Source: a candidate division WOR-3 bacterium
Lineage (GTDB): Bacteria; Hydrothermota; Tepidihabitantia; Tepidihabitantales; Tepidihabitantaceae
Length of the DNA: 48,303 bases
Direction of reading: 5' to 3'
NCBI GenBank assembly: GCA_965648905.1
Contig: CBFGIT010000020.1
Location: forward strand, 1-48,303
The notes under the pieces were generated by a model that saw only the letters and a list, made by a program, of their open reading frames with translations, ran no database searches and was not told the origin of the DNA. Both the position numbers and the translations under genes were made by a program. Shown piece by piece: positions 38,980 to 48,179 of this stretch. Numbering within the stretch: the stretch's first letter is position 1; the number at the start of each line of letters is the position of its first letter.

Positions 38980-39007
38980 ATGATAGGTCAAAACCCGGCC
39001 CAGTCAA
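38980..39007 (-). promoter_or_regulatory. sigma70 promoter TTGACT-N16-TATCAT (tRNA-Pro-hpt-ade operon)
   Basis: 55 nt upstream of tRNA-Pro. Confidence 0.7.
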
Positions 39008-39047
39008 ATAATGCCCGCTGGAACGCAGGGCTGTGCCCATCCTGGCA

Positions 39048-39692
39048 TCACTGGCCGGTCCTGGCCGGACGCACAAACGGCACGAACGCGACGCCCATCA
39101 GATGACGCTGGACCAGTTTCTTGCCGTGCTTGACCCCAAGTGTCAAGGTCTGGGCCCCTTCAGACCCGATTGGAATCACAATCCGTCCCCGTTCGACCAT
39201 CTGCTCAACCAGACGCAGCGGCACGATCTCGGCCGCGGCCGTGACCATCACCCGGTCATACGGAGCAAACTCAGGCCAGCCCAGGTTCCCGTCGCCGACC
39301 CGGAACCGCACGTTCCGGACGTCCAGCCGTTGCAGCGTCAACCTCGCCTGCACCGACAGCGGCTCATGCAACTCCACGGTGTAGACCATCGCGGCGAGTT
39401 GAGCGAGGATTGCGGTCTGATAGCCGGACCCGGTGCCGATTTCCAGCACCTTGTGAGTCGATTCAACCTCCAAGGCCTCGGTCATTGCCGCCACGATGTA
39501 CGGCTGGGAAATGGTCTGGCCCATGCTCAGCGGCAGCGGATGGTCCTCGTACGCATGATGCCATTGACTCTCGGGCAGAAACAGATGCCGGGGAATCGAG
39601 CGCATCGCTTCGAGCACGCGCGGATCGCGCACTCCGCGCTCGACGATCTGCTCCTCGACCATGCGCCGGCGTGCCTGCACGTAGTTATCCAT
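39048..39692 (-). CDS. pcm: Protein-L-isoaspartate O-methyltransferase
   Basis: PRHLF, GQTISQPY, VLEIGTGSGYQTA and APYDRVMVTAA. Start at the ATG at 39692. Confidence 0.96.
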   Translation of the reverse strand: MDNYVQARRRMVEEQIVERGVRDPRVLEAMRSIPRHLFLPESQWHHAYEDHPLPLSMGQTISQPYIVAAMTEALEVESTHKVLEIGTGSGYQTAILAQLAAMVYTVELHEPLSVQARLTLQRLDVRNVRFRVGDGNLGWPEFAPYDRVMVTAAAEIVPLRLVEQMVERGRIVIPIGSEGAQTLTLGVKHGKKLVQRHLMGVAFVPFVRPARTGQ

Positions 39693-39698
39693 CGGGCA

Positions 39699-39726
39699 AG
39701 TATAGAAGAAGCCCTCCACCGGTCAA
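39699..39726 (-). promoter_or_regulatory. sigma70 promoter TTGACC-N16-TATACT, leaderless (pcm)
   Basis: ATG follows after 6 nt. Confidence 0.75.
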
Positions 39727-39755
39727 ATCACCGCTATGCCGGCCCGAGACTGCCA

Positions 39756-39783
39756 TTGACAGCCGGGGCAATCACCCTAACAT
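39756..39783 (+). promoter_or_regulatory. sigma70 promoter TTGACA-N16-TAACAT, leaderless
   Basis: ATG at 39790 follows after 6 nt. Confidence 0.75.
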
Positions 39784-39789
39784 GATGTC

Positions 39790-40062
39790 ATGCCAAAGCC
39801 AACCGTGCCCCGGTTCGACGAGGAATTGGGCAAAGTCGAGTATCAGGAACTCCAGCGCATCCGACGCGGACCATCCAACTTCTGGTTCGTCGTCATGCTG
39901 CTGCTCGTAGTTGCGGTGGTGGTCTGGTACTTCGTGAAGGGCAGGCCGGTAGTCCATCGGATGCTGCACCCGCCGGCCAAGGCTGAGCCGGAGTCACTGC
40001 CCGAGCCCGACCTGTTCATCCCGGGGATTGACTATCATCCCGAGGGTGATGACGGCGAGTGA
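39790..40062 (+). CDS. Small single-pass membrane protein
   Basis: One TM helix (FWFVVMLLLVVAVVVWYFV), Pro/acidic tail and a dedicated promoter. Confidence 0.7.
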   Translation: MPKPTVPRFDEELGKVEYQELQRIRRGPSNFWFVVMLLLVVAVVVWYFVKGRPVVHRMLHPPAKAEPESLPEPDLFIPGIDYHPEGDDGE

Positions 40063-40072
40063 GCGGCGGAAC

Positions 40073-40426
40073 TCAGGACGGTCTGGCCCGCCGCAACGCC
40101 AGCCTGAGTCCGGTCTCGTCTGACCCGGCCGGCTTGTAGAGCCGGACCGCGGGCATCAGATACTCGGCGAAAAGCAGGAACAGCCCCACTGCCAGGATGA
40201 TGCGGCGTGCCAGTGCCGCCCACGGTTCCCGCAGCAGCGGCAGGCCGAGCGGGTCAGCCCAGGCAAACAACCCGACGACAAGAATCACGACCGCCGCCAC
40301 GTTGGCCACGGTGCGCAGCGTGTTCCAGAGCAGTACTTTCCGCGCCAGTTCCTCATCGGTCACGACGATTTCCGGCACACCGGACTTGACCGCCTGCTGC
40401 AGTTCACCCGTTGTCGCGACGTTCAC
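40073..40426 (-). CDS. Small two-TM membrane protein
   Basis: Two hydrophobic helices; start overlaps the thyX stop (GTGA coupling). Confidence 0.7.
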   Translation of the reverse strand: MNVATTGELQQAVKSGVPEIVVTDEELARKVLLWNTLRTVANVAAVVILVVGLFAWADPLGLPLLREPWAALARRIILAVGLFLLFAEYLMPAVRLYKPAGSDETGLRLALRRARPS

Positions 40427-42027
40427 GAGCTGCTCCCGTGCTGCGGGTTCTCTGCCCGTTCGGTAGCCGGGCTGCGAATGGCGCGCCGTCGGGGCTTGCG
40501 ATTTTCTGCTGCCGGCTCGGGCAGGGGCCTGGGTTCAGGCAGTTCGAGTCTTGTGACCGCGGGTGGTCGACCGAACAGCTCCTCGTAGACCCGGGCGTAG
40601 CCGTCTTTGCCGCTGGCCAGAGTAAGAGTCAATGGCATGACGTGCCTTGCCTGCTCCATCATGCGGGTGGCGATATCTCGGATGTCCCACTGGGCCGCCG
40701 CGTCCTCGCGCAGCCGAGCGATGTGGTACAGCTCACGTGCGTTGACCGTGACCAGGACCCGGCGCTGATGTGAATTGGTCAGGACATACTGGGCCGCGGC
40801 CGGGTTGTGGGCCGCGATGCGGTCGAACGTCTCTTCGGTCCGAGCCAGCATCTCTTTGAAGCTGCGATGTTCTTTTATGTCGCCGACCGATTGCGGTATT
40901 GTCCAGCCGTGGTTCGGGCTGTAGGGTTGAGCGGTGATTGACGCCAGCCGGTGGCGCTTGAGCTGAGCAAAACACGAGGCCGAGATGACCAGTTCAAAAG
41001 TCAAGCTCAGATGCTCGAACTCCCGCAGCACCGCATCGTAGGCCTGAAGGTCCTGACAGGCGAGTTTGAAGACCTCTTTCTTTCGGGCCAGCGTCTGACG
41101 CTCGACCCGCGCCAGGCATTCGGCAAACGATGCTCTTGACGTCACGTGCATCAGTGCGGCGAGGAGCTTGTTGTCGGCGTTCTGGGTGTAGTCCACCAGG
41201 ATGACATCCGAGGCCGACAGCGCAATGAAGTTACGCGGACGCCTCGGGAACGCCGAGACCATGAACGTCTGGGCGAACTCTGCCAGCCGGTGATAGGTGT
41301 TGCGTTCGTAGTCAGTCGGCTGCTGAAAGATGATGAGCGACGGCGCGACCGGCGCAACCTGCTGGTAGATTTCCTCGGCGAGCGACCGGACCTCGCTCCG
41401 TTCGTCCGCGGCCAGCCGGCGCAGCATCAGTTCGAGGTTACGGGCGTTCGCGGTCAGGCCAAGCTGGGTCGTGGTGGCCAGACACAGAATGTAGCGGGCG
41501 TCTTCCTTGGCCCGGTTCTCAATCCGGACCGGTTCGTCGCGCCACTCCGGATACCGGGCCTGAAAGTAGTTGACGAGTTTGGCATACAGCTCATGGTAGT
41601 ACCGGTTCTGCATCCGGACAACCGAAGTGAACTCATCGGCGAAATCCGAGCTGGCAATCTCGGGCGGAACAACGAAGCTGTCGTCGCTCGCAACGTAGCG
41701 CTGTGACTTCTCAGTGTAGGAGTTGAGGCGGTGGTGTTCGATCGCTTCGGCGGCCAGCCGGGAAGCACCAACGATATCGAGGTTGAACACGGCGTGCTCG
41801 GCGATCGAGTGATGCCCCATCTCGAACACGATGGTCATGTTCGAACGGCGGGCGCTTTCGAGTTCGGCCCGGGCCTCGGTCCTGAGCTCCTCAACCGACC
41901 GGTTGCTGCGGCTGATGCGGGCATAAGCCGCGGCAATCGTCTCGGGTGTGTACGTTGGACGCCGGCCCCGAGCCGCCTGCTTGAGCAGCTCATGCTCAAC
42001 GTTGAAGCCGGTCAGATTGACTCTCAT
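40423..42027 (-). CDS. thyX: FAD-dependent thymidylate synthase with two tandem ThyX domains
   Basis: GHHSIAEH, HHRLNSYTEKSQRY, KEDARY and NARNL, then a second domain EFEH, QLKRHR, NAREL and AQWDIR. Start at ATG 42027 or 42030. Confidence 0.9.
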   Translation of the reverse strand: MRVNLTGFNVEHELLKQAARGRRPTYTPETIAAAYARISRSNRSVEELRTEARAELESARRSNMTIVFEMGHHSIAEHAVFNLDIVGASRLAAEAIEHHRLNSYTEKSQRYVASDDSFVVPPEIASSDFADEFTSVVRMQNRYYHELYAKLVNYFQARYPEWRDEPVRIENRAKEDARYILCLATTTQLGLTANARNLELMLRRLAADERSEVRSLAEEIYQQVAPVAPSLIIFQQPTDYERNTYHRLAEFAQTFMVSAFPRRPRNFIALSASDVILVDYTQNADNKLLAALMHVTSRASFAECLARVERQTLARKKEVFKLACQDLQAYDAVLREFEHLSLTFELVISASCFAQLKRHRLASITAQPYSPNHGWTIPQSVGDIKEHRSFKEMLARTEETFDRIAAHNPAAAQYVLTNSHQRRVLVTVNARELYHIARLREDAAAQWDIRDIATRMMEQARHVMPLTLTLASGKDGYARVYEELFGRPPAVTRLELPEPRPLPEPAAENRKPRRRAIRSPATERAENPQHGSSS

Positions 42028-42034
42028 CATCTGG

Positions 42035-42062
42035 AGAGTATTGAACCTGGAACCAAAGTCAA
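42035..42062 (-). promoter_or_regulatory. sigma70-like promoter TTGACT-N16-TACTCT, leaderless (thyX)
   Basis: ATG at 42027 follows after 7 nt. Confidence 0.6.
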
Positions 42063-42097
42063 GCCGACGCAGGCCGGCCGGTGCAATCAAGCCGGAG

Positions 42098-42126
42098 TTG
42101 ACCAGCCAGGGCCCGGAAGCGAGAAT
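42098..42126 (+). promoter_or_regulatory. Possible promoter TTGACC-N17-GAGAAT
   Basis: Divergent from thyX and upstream of the PLD gene; the -10 match is weak. Confidence 0.4.
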
Positions 42127-42137
42127 AGGTGTTCACG

Positions 42138-43910
42138 ATGTCCCCAGCCCGACTCTGCCGCACACTTGCCGTCGCTGCTTCGCTTGCGTTCGCAGGTCTG
42201 CTTCAGAACCCAGGCTTCGAGCAGTGGACCAACGACAGCACACCCGGCTGCTGGACAGTCGAGGCCCGAACCCGCACCGGCGTCTTTCGAGAGACCGACA
42301 CCGCAGCCGCAGATACGGCTGCCTGCCGGCTGGTCCGTCGGGTCAGCGGCACCGGCAGCAACGCCGGTGTAGTCCAGCGCGTGCCGGTCCTGCCCGGCGT
42401 CCGGTACGAGCTATCGCTTCGGGCGTGGGATGACAGTGATGAGGTGCTGCTGGGATCATATGTCACCTGGCGGACTCAGGACTCGTCCTTCATTCGCTCG
42501 AAGAGCCTCACGTCATCGCGCGACACTGCCGGCTGGCAGTTTCTAACCGGCTCGGACACAGCTCCAGTCAACAGTCGATTTGCCGACATCATCCTGCGCA
42601 CCTATGGTACTACGAATTCTCGACCTGGTAACCGCGTGCTGGTCGACGAAGTCTGGTTCAAGACACTGTCCCGCGCGCCCGATTCGGTTCGGCTCTGGTT
42701 CACGCCGGACAGCTTGGCGCGCCGGCTTGTTGCCTTCTTCGATTCAGCCCGAACCTCGATTGACTACTGCTGCTACAACTCATCCCGGCCTGATGTCGGT
42801 CTTGCCCTGATTCGGGCGCACAACCGCGGAGTCAGGGTCAGAGTCATCACCGACAACGCGCGGCTCAGCGACCCATGGGTTGCTTATCTGCGCGGGTCCG
42901 GCATCGTGGTCTGGTCGGATTCGGGCAGCAGCGGCTCCTCGAACTACATGCACCACAAGTTCGCACTCCGGGACCTGGCTGACTGCGACTCGACCAACGA
43001 CTGGCTATGGAACTCAAGCTACAACCCGAATGACGGTGAACTGAACGCCGACTACGCACTTGAAATCCCGAGCCGCGACCTCTGCCGGGCTTTTCGACTG
43101 GAGTTCGAACAGATGTGGGGTGATACCGGTCCGGTTCCTGACCCGACCCGGGCCCGGTTCCACCGCGCCAAGACCGATGTCCTGCCCACCCACGAGTTCA
43201 CCGTCGATGGCCACCGGACACGGCTCTACTTCTCACCCCAGGACCGGGTGGTTGACACCATCACCTCGGTTGCTGCCGGGGCCGGCCGCGAGCTGGGCTT
43301 CGCGGTTAACGCCTTCACTCATGATGAACTCGGCTCGGCGATGCTCAGCCTGCACGGACGTGGCACCCGCGTCTTCGGCACGTTTGACCGCGCCAATGCC
43401 GGCGACCCGGCCAGTGAATTCTGGCGTCTCCGCCCGGCCGGAGTCCCGGTACTCATCGATTCCTATCCGTTCGGCTCAGGCACGGTGCACGAGAAGATCA
43501 TGGTGATGGATTCAACCGTCACTATCTGCGGCTCAGCCAACTGGTCGAACAATGCCAACAATTCCAACGACGAGAACACGCTCATCATGTATGATTCAGA
43601 CTTGGCCGCGCGGTTTCTCGCGGAAATCATCACCCGCTACTGCGAGGCCGGTGGCACCTATCCGCCCGCAGTCGCCGAGCCAATAGAGCCTGCACCCATC
43701 CTGCGTCAGGTCGCTCGTAGCTCACCGGGCCAGACCGGGCTGCCCGGTTCCGTGTCGGCCTGGGACGTGCTTGGCCGGCGTGTCACCGGTCGAGTAGCAA
43801 CCGGCGTCTACTTCCTCGCCATGCCGAATCGCCGCTTCCAGCCGGTCGTCCTCCTCTGCCGGGCCTGCGGCGCCAATGACTTGACACCAGCGGCTCCGGC
43901 TATACACTGA
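42138..43910 (+). CDS. Secreted phospholipase D-superfamily enzyme (two HKD motifs) with N-terminal CBM-like domain
   Basis: Signal peptide, LLQNPGFEQW, MHHKFALRD..SSYN, VHEKIMVMD..GSANWS..NDEN and a degenerate CTD (WDVLGRRV..GVYFL). Start at ATG 42138 or GTG 42129. Confidence 0.85.
   Translation: MSPARLCRTLAVAASLAFAGLLQNPGFEQWTNDSTPGCWTVEARTRTGVFRETDTAAADTAACRLVRRVSGTGSNAGVVQRVPVLPGVRYELSLRAWDDSDEVLLGSYVTWRTQDSSFIRSKSLTSSRDTAGWQFLTGSDTAPVNSRFADIILRTYGTTNSRPGNRVLVDEVWFKTLSRAPDSVRLWFTPDSLARRLVAFFDSARTSIDYCCYNSSRPDVGLALIRAHNRGVRVRVITDNARLSDPWVAYLRGSGIVVWSDSGSSGSSNYMHHKFALRDLADCDSTNDWLWNSSYNPNDGELNADYALEIPSRDLCRAFRLEFEQMWGDTGPVPDPTRARFHRAKTDVLPTHEFTVDGHRTRLYFSPQDRVVDTITSVAAGAGRELGFAVNAFTHDELGSAMLSLHGRGTRVFGTFDRANAGDPASEFWRLRPAGVPVLIDSYPFGSGTVHEKIMVMDSTVTICGSANWSNNANNSNDENTLIMYDSDLAARFLAEIITRYCEAGGTYPPAVAEPIEPAPILRQVARSSPGQTGLPGSVSAWDVLGRRVTGRVATGVYFLAMPNRRFQPVVLLCRACGANDLTPAAPAIH
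43881..43908 (+). promoter_or_regulatory. sigma70 promoter TTGACA-N16-TACACT, leaderless (buk-iorAB)
   Basis: Lies inside the PLD 3' end; ATG at 43916 follows after 7 nt. Confidence 0.75.
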
Positions 43911-43915
43911 AGCAG

Positions 43916-45004
43916 ATGTTCATTCTGGTCATCAACCCCGGCGGTGGTTCGACCAAAGTTGCGGTGTTCCACAAGACCAGACCAATCATCGCCGAGACGG
44001 TTGAGCACCCGCCCAACCAACTGGTGCGGTTCGGACATGTGCTCGACCAGTACCAGCTTCGTAAGTCCGCAGTCCTCGCCGTGCTCAAGAGGCACGGTTT
44101 CGAGCCTGCCCGCGCTCAGGCGATTGCCACCCGTGGTGGCCCGCTCTTACCCCTGCCCGGTGGTGTCTACCGGGTGACCAAACGAGTTGTCGCTGACATC
44201 CGGCATGGCCAGTATCAGACTCTGCATCCGTCCCTGCTCGGTCCGCTCATCGCCCATGAGGTGGCCGAGGAGTTCTCGATTCCCGCCTACTTTGTTGACC
44301 CGGAATCAACCGACGAGTTCTGCGACGAAGCCCGGGTCTCCGGCTTTCGCGGCATCAACCGGGCGGCCCTGTCACACGCCCTCAGTTGCCGCACGGTCTG
44401 CCAGGCCGCGGCCCGTCGGCTCAAGCGACCGTATGCGCAGAGCCGCTTCGTAGTCGCCCATCTGGGCACGGGCATCACGGTCGCGGCCCATGTCAAGGGA
44501 CGACAGATTGACTCCTCTAATGCCAACGATGATGGCCCGTTCTCGCCTCAGCGCACCGGCACCCTGCCTTTGTCCGCAGTCGTGCGCACCTGCTACTCGG
44601 GCCGCTACACTGAGGCTCAGGTCCTCGCCCTGTTCCAGACCCGGGGTGGGCTGCTCTCCTATCTTGACACCGACGACATCCGTCGGGTCGAGGCGATGAT
44701 TGCTGCCGGCAACAAGATCGCGGATTTGGTCTACCGCACCCTGGTCTATCAGGTCGCCAAGGAAATCGGCGCCTACTGCGTAGTCTGCGGCTGCACGCCG
44801 GATGCCATTGTCCTGACCGGCGGTCTGACCCTGTCCCGGAAGTTGGTGCGCGACCTGAAGAAGCAGGTTGGCTTTCTCTCCCCAAGAATCCTGGTGTTCC
44901 CCGGTGAAGAAGAAATGAGCGCGCTGGCCGGCCGCGTGCGTGCGGTCCTGTCCGGCGAAGAAAAGGAGCGAAGCTATGAGCACGAAGTTGCTCTCCGGCG
45001 ATGA
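43916..45004 (+). CDS. buk: Butyrate/branched-chain fatty acid kinase
   Basis: ILVINPGGGSTK, RGG, HALS, VAHLGTGITV, GPFSPQRTG, LTGG and PGEEEMSALA. Confidence 0.93.
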   Translation: MFILVINPGGGSTKVAVFHKTRPIIAETVEHPPNQLVRFGHVLDQYQLRKSAVLAVLKRHGFEPARAQAIATRGGPLLPLPGGVYRVTKRVVADIRHGQYQTLHPSLLGPLIAHEVAEEFSIPAYFVDPESTDEFCDEARVSGFRGINRAALSHALSCRTVCQAAARRLKRPYAQSRFVVAHLGTGITVAAHVKGRQIDSSNANDDGPFSPQRTGTLPLSAVVRTCYSGRYTEAQVLALFQTRGGLLSYLDTDDIRRVEAMIAAGNKIADLVYRTLVYQVAKEIGAYCVVCGCTPDAIVLTGGLTLSRKLVRDLKKQVGFLSPRILVFPGEEEMSALAGRVRAVLSGEEKERSYEHEVALRR

Positions 45005-46694
45005 GGCGGTTGCCCGGGGTGCATGGGAAGCCGGCTGCCGGGTCGCTGCAGCCTACCCGGGCACGCCGTCAACCGAAATCCTCGAAAGCCTGGCGACCTA
45101 TCCGGACGTCTACTGCGAGTGGTCAACCAATGAGAAGGTGGCGCTCGAGGTGGCGCTCGGCGCTTCGATTGCCGGCAGCCGGGCAATGGCGGCAATGAAG
45201 CACGTCGGCCTGAACGTCGCTGCCGACCCGCTCTTCTCGGCCGCCTACATCGGCGCGCGCGGCGGACTGGTCATTGTCAGTGCGGACGACCCCGGCCTGC
45301 ACTCGTCTCAGAACGAACAGGACAACCGTTTCTACGGCCTGATGGCAAAGGTCCCGGTGCTCTGCCCGTCCGACAGCCAGGAAGCCAAGGACTTCACCCG
45401 CCAGGCGTTCGACATTTCCGAGAAATTCGATATCCCGGTTATCGTCCGGCTGACCACACGCCTGGCTCACTCCCACACCCCGGTCCGGCTTGGCGACCGA
45501 ACCGCACCGCCGGGCAAAGGCTATGAGAAGCAGATTGCCAAGAACATGACCCTGCCGGCATTTGCCCGGGTTCGACACGTCGACCTGGAGAGCCGCATCG
45601 ACCGCATCCGCGCCTGGAATGAAGCTAGCGGCCCGAACCGCATCATCGCGGGAAAGAGCGGCCTCGGGATTGCCTGCGACGGTGTGGCATACCAGTACGC
45701 CCGCGAGGTCTTTCCGGATGCAGCGTTTCTCAAGCTCGGCATGGTCCACCCGTTCCCTAGCAAGCTGGCCCTGGACTTCGCCGACTCGGTGAAGGAGGTC
45801 GTGGTTGTCGAAGAGGTTGACCCGTTCATCGAGCTCCAGCTCCGCGCTCTGGGCATCAACGTAACCGGCAAGGACCGGTTGCCGCGCACCGGTGAACTCG
45901 ACCCGGCCCGGGTGCGCGCTGCCTTGGGCAAACCCGGAGCAGTCCCCGAACCCGAGCCGGACGTACCCAACCGGCCGCCTGCGCTTTGCGCTGGCTGTCC
46001 GCATTCGGGAATCTTCTACGCCCTGCAGAAGCAGAAGGTAATCATCGGCGGCGACATTGGCTGCTACACCCTGGGCGCGCTGCCGCCGCACAGCGCGATG
46101 GACACCTGCATTGACATGGGTGCCTCGATCACTTTCGCCCACGGCTGCGACAAGGCACTCGGCGCTTCCGACCCCCGGCGCCGCGTCGCGTTCATCGGCG
46201 ACTCGACGTTCTTCCACTCCGGCATCACCGGGCTCATCAACACCGTCTACAATCAGTCCGATGTCATCACCATCATCAGCGACAACTGCACAACCGGCAT
46301 GACCGGTCATCAGCCCCATCCCGGGACCGGCCGCACCCTGATGGACCAACCGAGTAGAACCATCAGTATCGAGAGCATCTGCCAGGCCTGCGGCGTGGAG
46401 ACAGTCGTGGTGGTTGACCCGTATCAGGTACGCGAGACCCGACGCCGGGTGCGCGAGGTTCTGGCCAAACCCGGCCCTGCAGTTATCGTCTCGCGCCGAC
46501 CCTGCGCCTTGCTCATTCGGCTGCACGACCCGGTCCGGCACGTCGACCCGGAGAAGTGCGTCGGCTGCAAGACCTGCATCAGCATCGGCTGTCCGGCCAT
46601 CGCGGTGTCGGGCGACAAGTCGGTCATCAGCGAGACGGTCTGTGTCGGCTGCGGCATGTGCGCCGACATCTGCCCGAGAAAGGCGATATCATGA
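44976..46694 (+). CDS. iorA: Indolepyruvate:ferredoxin oxidoreductase alpha subunit
   Basis: AYPGTPSTEI, NEKVA, MKHVGLNVAAD, HSSQNEQD, RPPALCAGCPH, GDIGC, IGDSTFFHSG and two 4Fe-4S motifs. Start at ATG 44976. Confidence 0.96.
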   Translation: MSTKLLSGDEAVARGAWEAGCRVAAAYPGTPSTEILESLATYPDVYCEWSTNEKVALEVALGASIAGSRAMAAMKHVGLNVAADPLFSAAYIGARGGLVIVSADDPGLHSSQNEQDNRFYGLMAKVPVLCPSDSQEAKDFTRQAFDISEKFDIPVIVRLTTRLAHSHTPVRLGDRTAPPGKGYEKQIAKNMTLPAFARVRHVDLESRIDRIRAWNEASGPNRIIAGKSGLGIACDGVAYQYAREVFPDAAFLKLGMVHPFPSKLALDFADSVKEVVVVEEVDPFIELQLRALGINVTGKDRLPRTGELDPARVRAALGKPGAVPEPEPDVPNRPPALCAGCPHSGIFYALQKQKVIIGGDIGCYTLGALPPHSAMDTCIDMGASITFAHGCDKALGASDPRRRVAFIGDSTFFHSGITGLINTVYNQSDVITIISDNCTTGMTGHQPHPGTGRTLMDQPSRTISIESICQACGVETVVVVDPYQVRETRRRVREVLAKPGPAVIVSRRPCALLIRLHDPVRHVDPEKCVGCKTCISIGCPAIAVSGDKSVISETVCVGCGMCADICPRKAIS

Positions 46695-47284
46695 ACATTC
46701 TCGTCTGTGGTGTCGGCGGCCAGGGTGTGTTGCTCTTCTCCGACTTGGTGGCCCAGGTCGCACTCACAGCCGGGCTTGAAGTCAAGAAGAGCGAGGTCCA
46801 CGGCATGGCTCAGCGCGGCGGCAGTGTCACCAGCCACATCCGCTACGGCCCGGTCGTCTACTCGCCCCTTATCGAAGAGGGAACCGCGGACCTGCTCGTC
46901 GCATTCGAGCAACAGGAAGCGTTGCGCTACATTCACTTCCTTCAACCCACCGGCCGACTGGTCTATGACCCGCTGCGTATCGAGCCCCTGCCGGTCCGAC
47001 TCGGGTTGGTCGAGGGTCTGACCGATGCTGAACTTGACGAGCGCCTTGCCGCCCGCGCACCGTTGCGGCTGAGCGTGCCGGCGTTTGAGATTGCCCGGAC
47101 CATCGGTACGGCCCGAGCCCAGAACGTCGTCATGCTCGGCGCAGTTGCCAGCTTCCTTGAGTTCCCGGCCGACGCGTTCCGCCGCGCCCTCCGCACCGCG
47201 CTCAAACCCGAGCTGGTCGAGCTCAATCTTGCGGCCTTTGCCGCGGGCCAGGCCGCGCTTCAACCGACAGCCGGGGCAGTCTAG
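46691..47284 (+). CDS. iorB: Indolepyruvate:ferredoxin oxidoreductase beta subunit
   Basis: GVGGQG, SEVHGMAQRGGSV and NVVMLGA. ATGA overlap with iorA. Confidence 0.95.
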   Translation: MNILVCGVGGQGVLLFSDLVAQVALTAGLEVKKSEVHGMAQRGGSVTSHIRYGPVVYSPLIEEGTADLLVAFEQQEALRYIHFLQPTGRLVYDPLRIEPLPVRLGLVEGLTDAELDERLAARAPLRLSVPAFEIARTIGTARAQNVVMLGAVASFLEFPADAFRRALRTALKPELVELNLAAFAAGQAALQPTAGAV

Positions 47285-47314
47285 CTGCCCCGGCTGCACT
47301 GCTGAACTAGTTAG

Positions 47315-48058
47315 CTAGTACTTATAGTCGATGTCCAGGTCGCATTCCTCGACCACGCCGTTGTACCCGGACGGGTTGTTGCGTACGAACTTGAGCTTCC
47401 AGGTTCCAGCTACCGGCTCGCCGGCGAACCCGTCAATCTCCTCCAGCGAAAGCTCCAGCTCGGTCAGCGAAACGCCGTCATAGACCAGCACCGCCGTGCC
47501 CTTGGGCGACACTAGATGTACGGTGAACTCCTCTATCTCCAGGGAATCGGCCTCGTCAACCGAAATCGAAAGTGTCACCTTGTCAACAATGGCACCGGGC
47601 TTGAGCGTATCCGAGACGTCCCAGGTGAACGGTATTTCCGTTGTTCCGGTGTTGGGTAGATAGGTCGAATCCGGGGATATCCCGCTGACGTTGCCCGTCT
47701 TCCAGGCACGCACGGTCACGACCATACTGGTGTCGATCTCTTCCTCGCCGTCGCTGCACTTCACCGTGACCGTGCAGCTCTTGGCTGCGTTCGGCGCGGT
47801 CCAGACCACGCTGTCACCGGTTGCCGTGGTCGGCGTGCCGGCCGAGAAAGTCCAGGAAAACGTCAGTGCATCTCCGTCGTCGTCGGTCGCGGCGACCTTG
47901 AACGTCACCTTGCTCGTCGGCGCTAGCTCCGCGTCGGCCGGGCTGCGGGTGAAAGAACTGAACACGGGCGCGCTGTTCTTCTTCCCGCATCCGCCCATTA
48001 TCAGTATCCCGCACATCAAGAGTACAACGAGCACTGGCGCGATTACGTTACGCTGCAT
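47315..48058 (-). CDS. Lipoprotein with Ig/PKD-like domain and proprotein-convertase P-like domain
   Basis: Lipobox-like MGG|C, NSAPVF..ATDDDGDALTFSW, LVSPKGT..FAGEPVAGTWKL; AGGAGG RBS. Confidence 0.8.
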   Translation of the reverse strand: MQRNVIAPVLVVLLMCGILIMGGCGKKNSAPVFSSFTRSPADAELAPTSKVTFKVAATDDDGDALTFSWTFSAGTPTTATGDSVVWTAPNAAKSCTVTVKCSDGEEEIDTSMVVTVRAWKTGNVSGISPDSTYLPNTGTTEIPFTWDVSDTLKPGAIVDKVTLSISVDEADSLEIEEFTVHLVSPKGTAVLVYDGVSLTELELSLEEIDGFAGEPVAGTWKLKFVRNNPSGYNGVVEECDLDIDYKY

Positions 48059-48151
48059 TTGCTTCCTCCTTGGTCGCTGTTACGCTCCCGGCCTGACCGG
48101 TCCTCGACTCGCGCCGGACTCGCAGGCCCGGACCAGGCCAGAAGCAGACTG

Positions 48152-48179
48152 AGTGTAGCCTAACTTCCTTGCTTGTCAA
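48152..48179 (-). promoter_or_regulatory. sigma70 promoter TTGACA-N16-TACACT
   Basis: About 93 nt upstream of the lipoprotein start. Confidence 0.7.

Noticed and set aside
35340..39000. Integrated element at tRNA-Val or tRNA-Pro
   Set aside because: No integrase and no duplicated tRNA 3' end were seen; the flanking genes are housekeeping.
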